Assembly (NCBI GenBank): GCA_038087875.1
Contig: CM075996.1
Location: forward strand, 7,070,001-7,134,000
Direction: 5' to 3'
From: Malacoraja senta
Taxonomy: Eukaryota
DNA length: 64,000 bases
Made by a program: the position numbers and the translations under genes. Shown piece by piece: positions 63,590 to 64,000 of the stretch (positions are counted from its first letter, which is position 1; each line of letters starts with the position of its first letter). The notes under the pieces were generated by a model, which was given only the letters and a program-made list of their open reading frames with translations, was not told the DNA's origin and made no database searches.

Positions 63590-64000
63590 CCCCGCGCCTG
63601 CGCATTATGCATGGACAGGGCCGCCGTGCACACGGGTCCGGTGTCCCGGCGCTGATTGGCCGCCGCTTCTGTCTGTCCCGTTAGTCCCGCCCACAAGCGA
63701 GGCGGGTCCTTGTCCGCTTGGGAGCTGATTGGCTACGACATCTGTCAGTCACCCACAAAAGGCGGGACCAGCTTATGATCGGCAGTGGCCCCCCGTTGAT
63801 CCCGCCCACATGGGAAGATGATTGGCTGCAACCCCCGTCAATCACGCAGCTCCCGCCCACACGGGTAGGCCGCCCCCCCCCCTCCACTTCCGGTTGTCGA
63901 CTGTGGTATCGATGGTACCGGTTGTCGACTTCTCCGCTCCCAAAGGGGCGGGAGCGGGAGCAGTCGCTGATTGGCCGGCGGGCGAGGTGACGTAGCTCCG
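63590..64000. promoter_or_regulatory. CpG-island promoter of a neighbouring gene (continues beyond the window)
   Basis: ATTGG at 63655, 63728, 63821 and 63970; GC boxes at 63686, 63801, 63852 and 63945; ETS-like ACTTCCGG at 63886; NRF1-like GCGCCTGCGCA at 63594; TGACGT at 63988. Confidence 0.8.

Overview
Repeat-rich vertebrate genomic DNA, most likely a cartilaginous fish (skate/ray), inferred from the abundant HE1-type V-SINE with its CR1-like tail. One + strand protein-coding gene spans the window: a BAR + RhoGAP + proline-rich protein, best called SH3BP1 (paralogs ARHGAP17/ARHGAP44). I traced 17 GT-AG coding exons from 6739 to about 57750 whose splice phases join into one frame. The start-codon exon appears to lie upstream of the window and the 3' end is uncertain. 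Introns contain V-SINEs, CR1, L2, Rex1/Babar, L1-like and RTE-derived pieces, Penelope terminal repeats, several MITEs and large tandem repeats. The strongest observations are: minimal hammerhead-ribozyme cores in the Penelope repeats; a probable 1-nt frameshift in the proline-rich exon; an apparently identical 4.2-kb duplication with an inverted segment around a 200-N gap (probably an assembly artefact); and a MITE with an 8-bp TSD and a perfect internal hairpin. The window ends in a CpG-island promoter of an unidentified neighbouring gene. All calls are by eye. Exon numbering and comparisons with human proteins rely on recalled sequences and need confirming by alignment.
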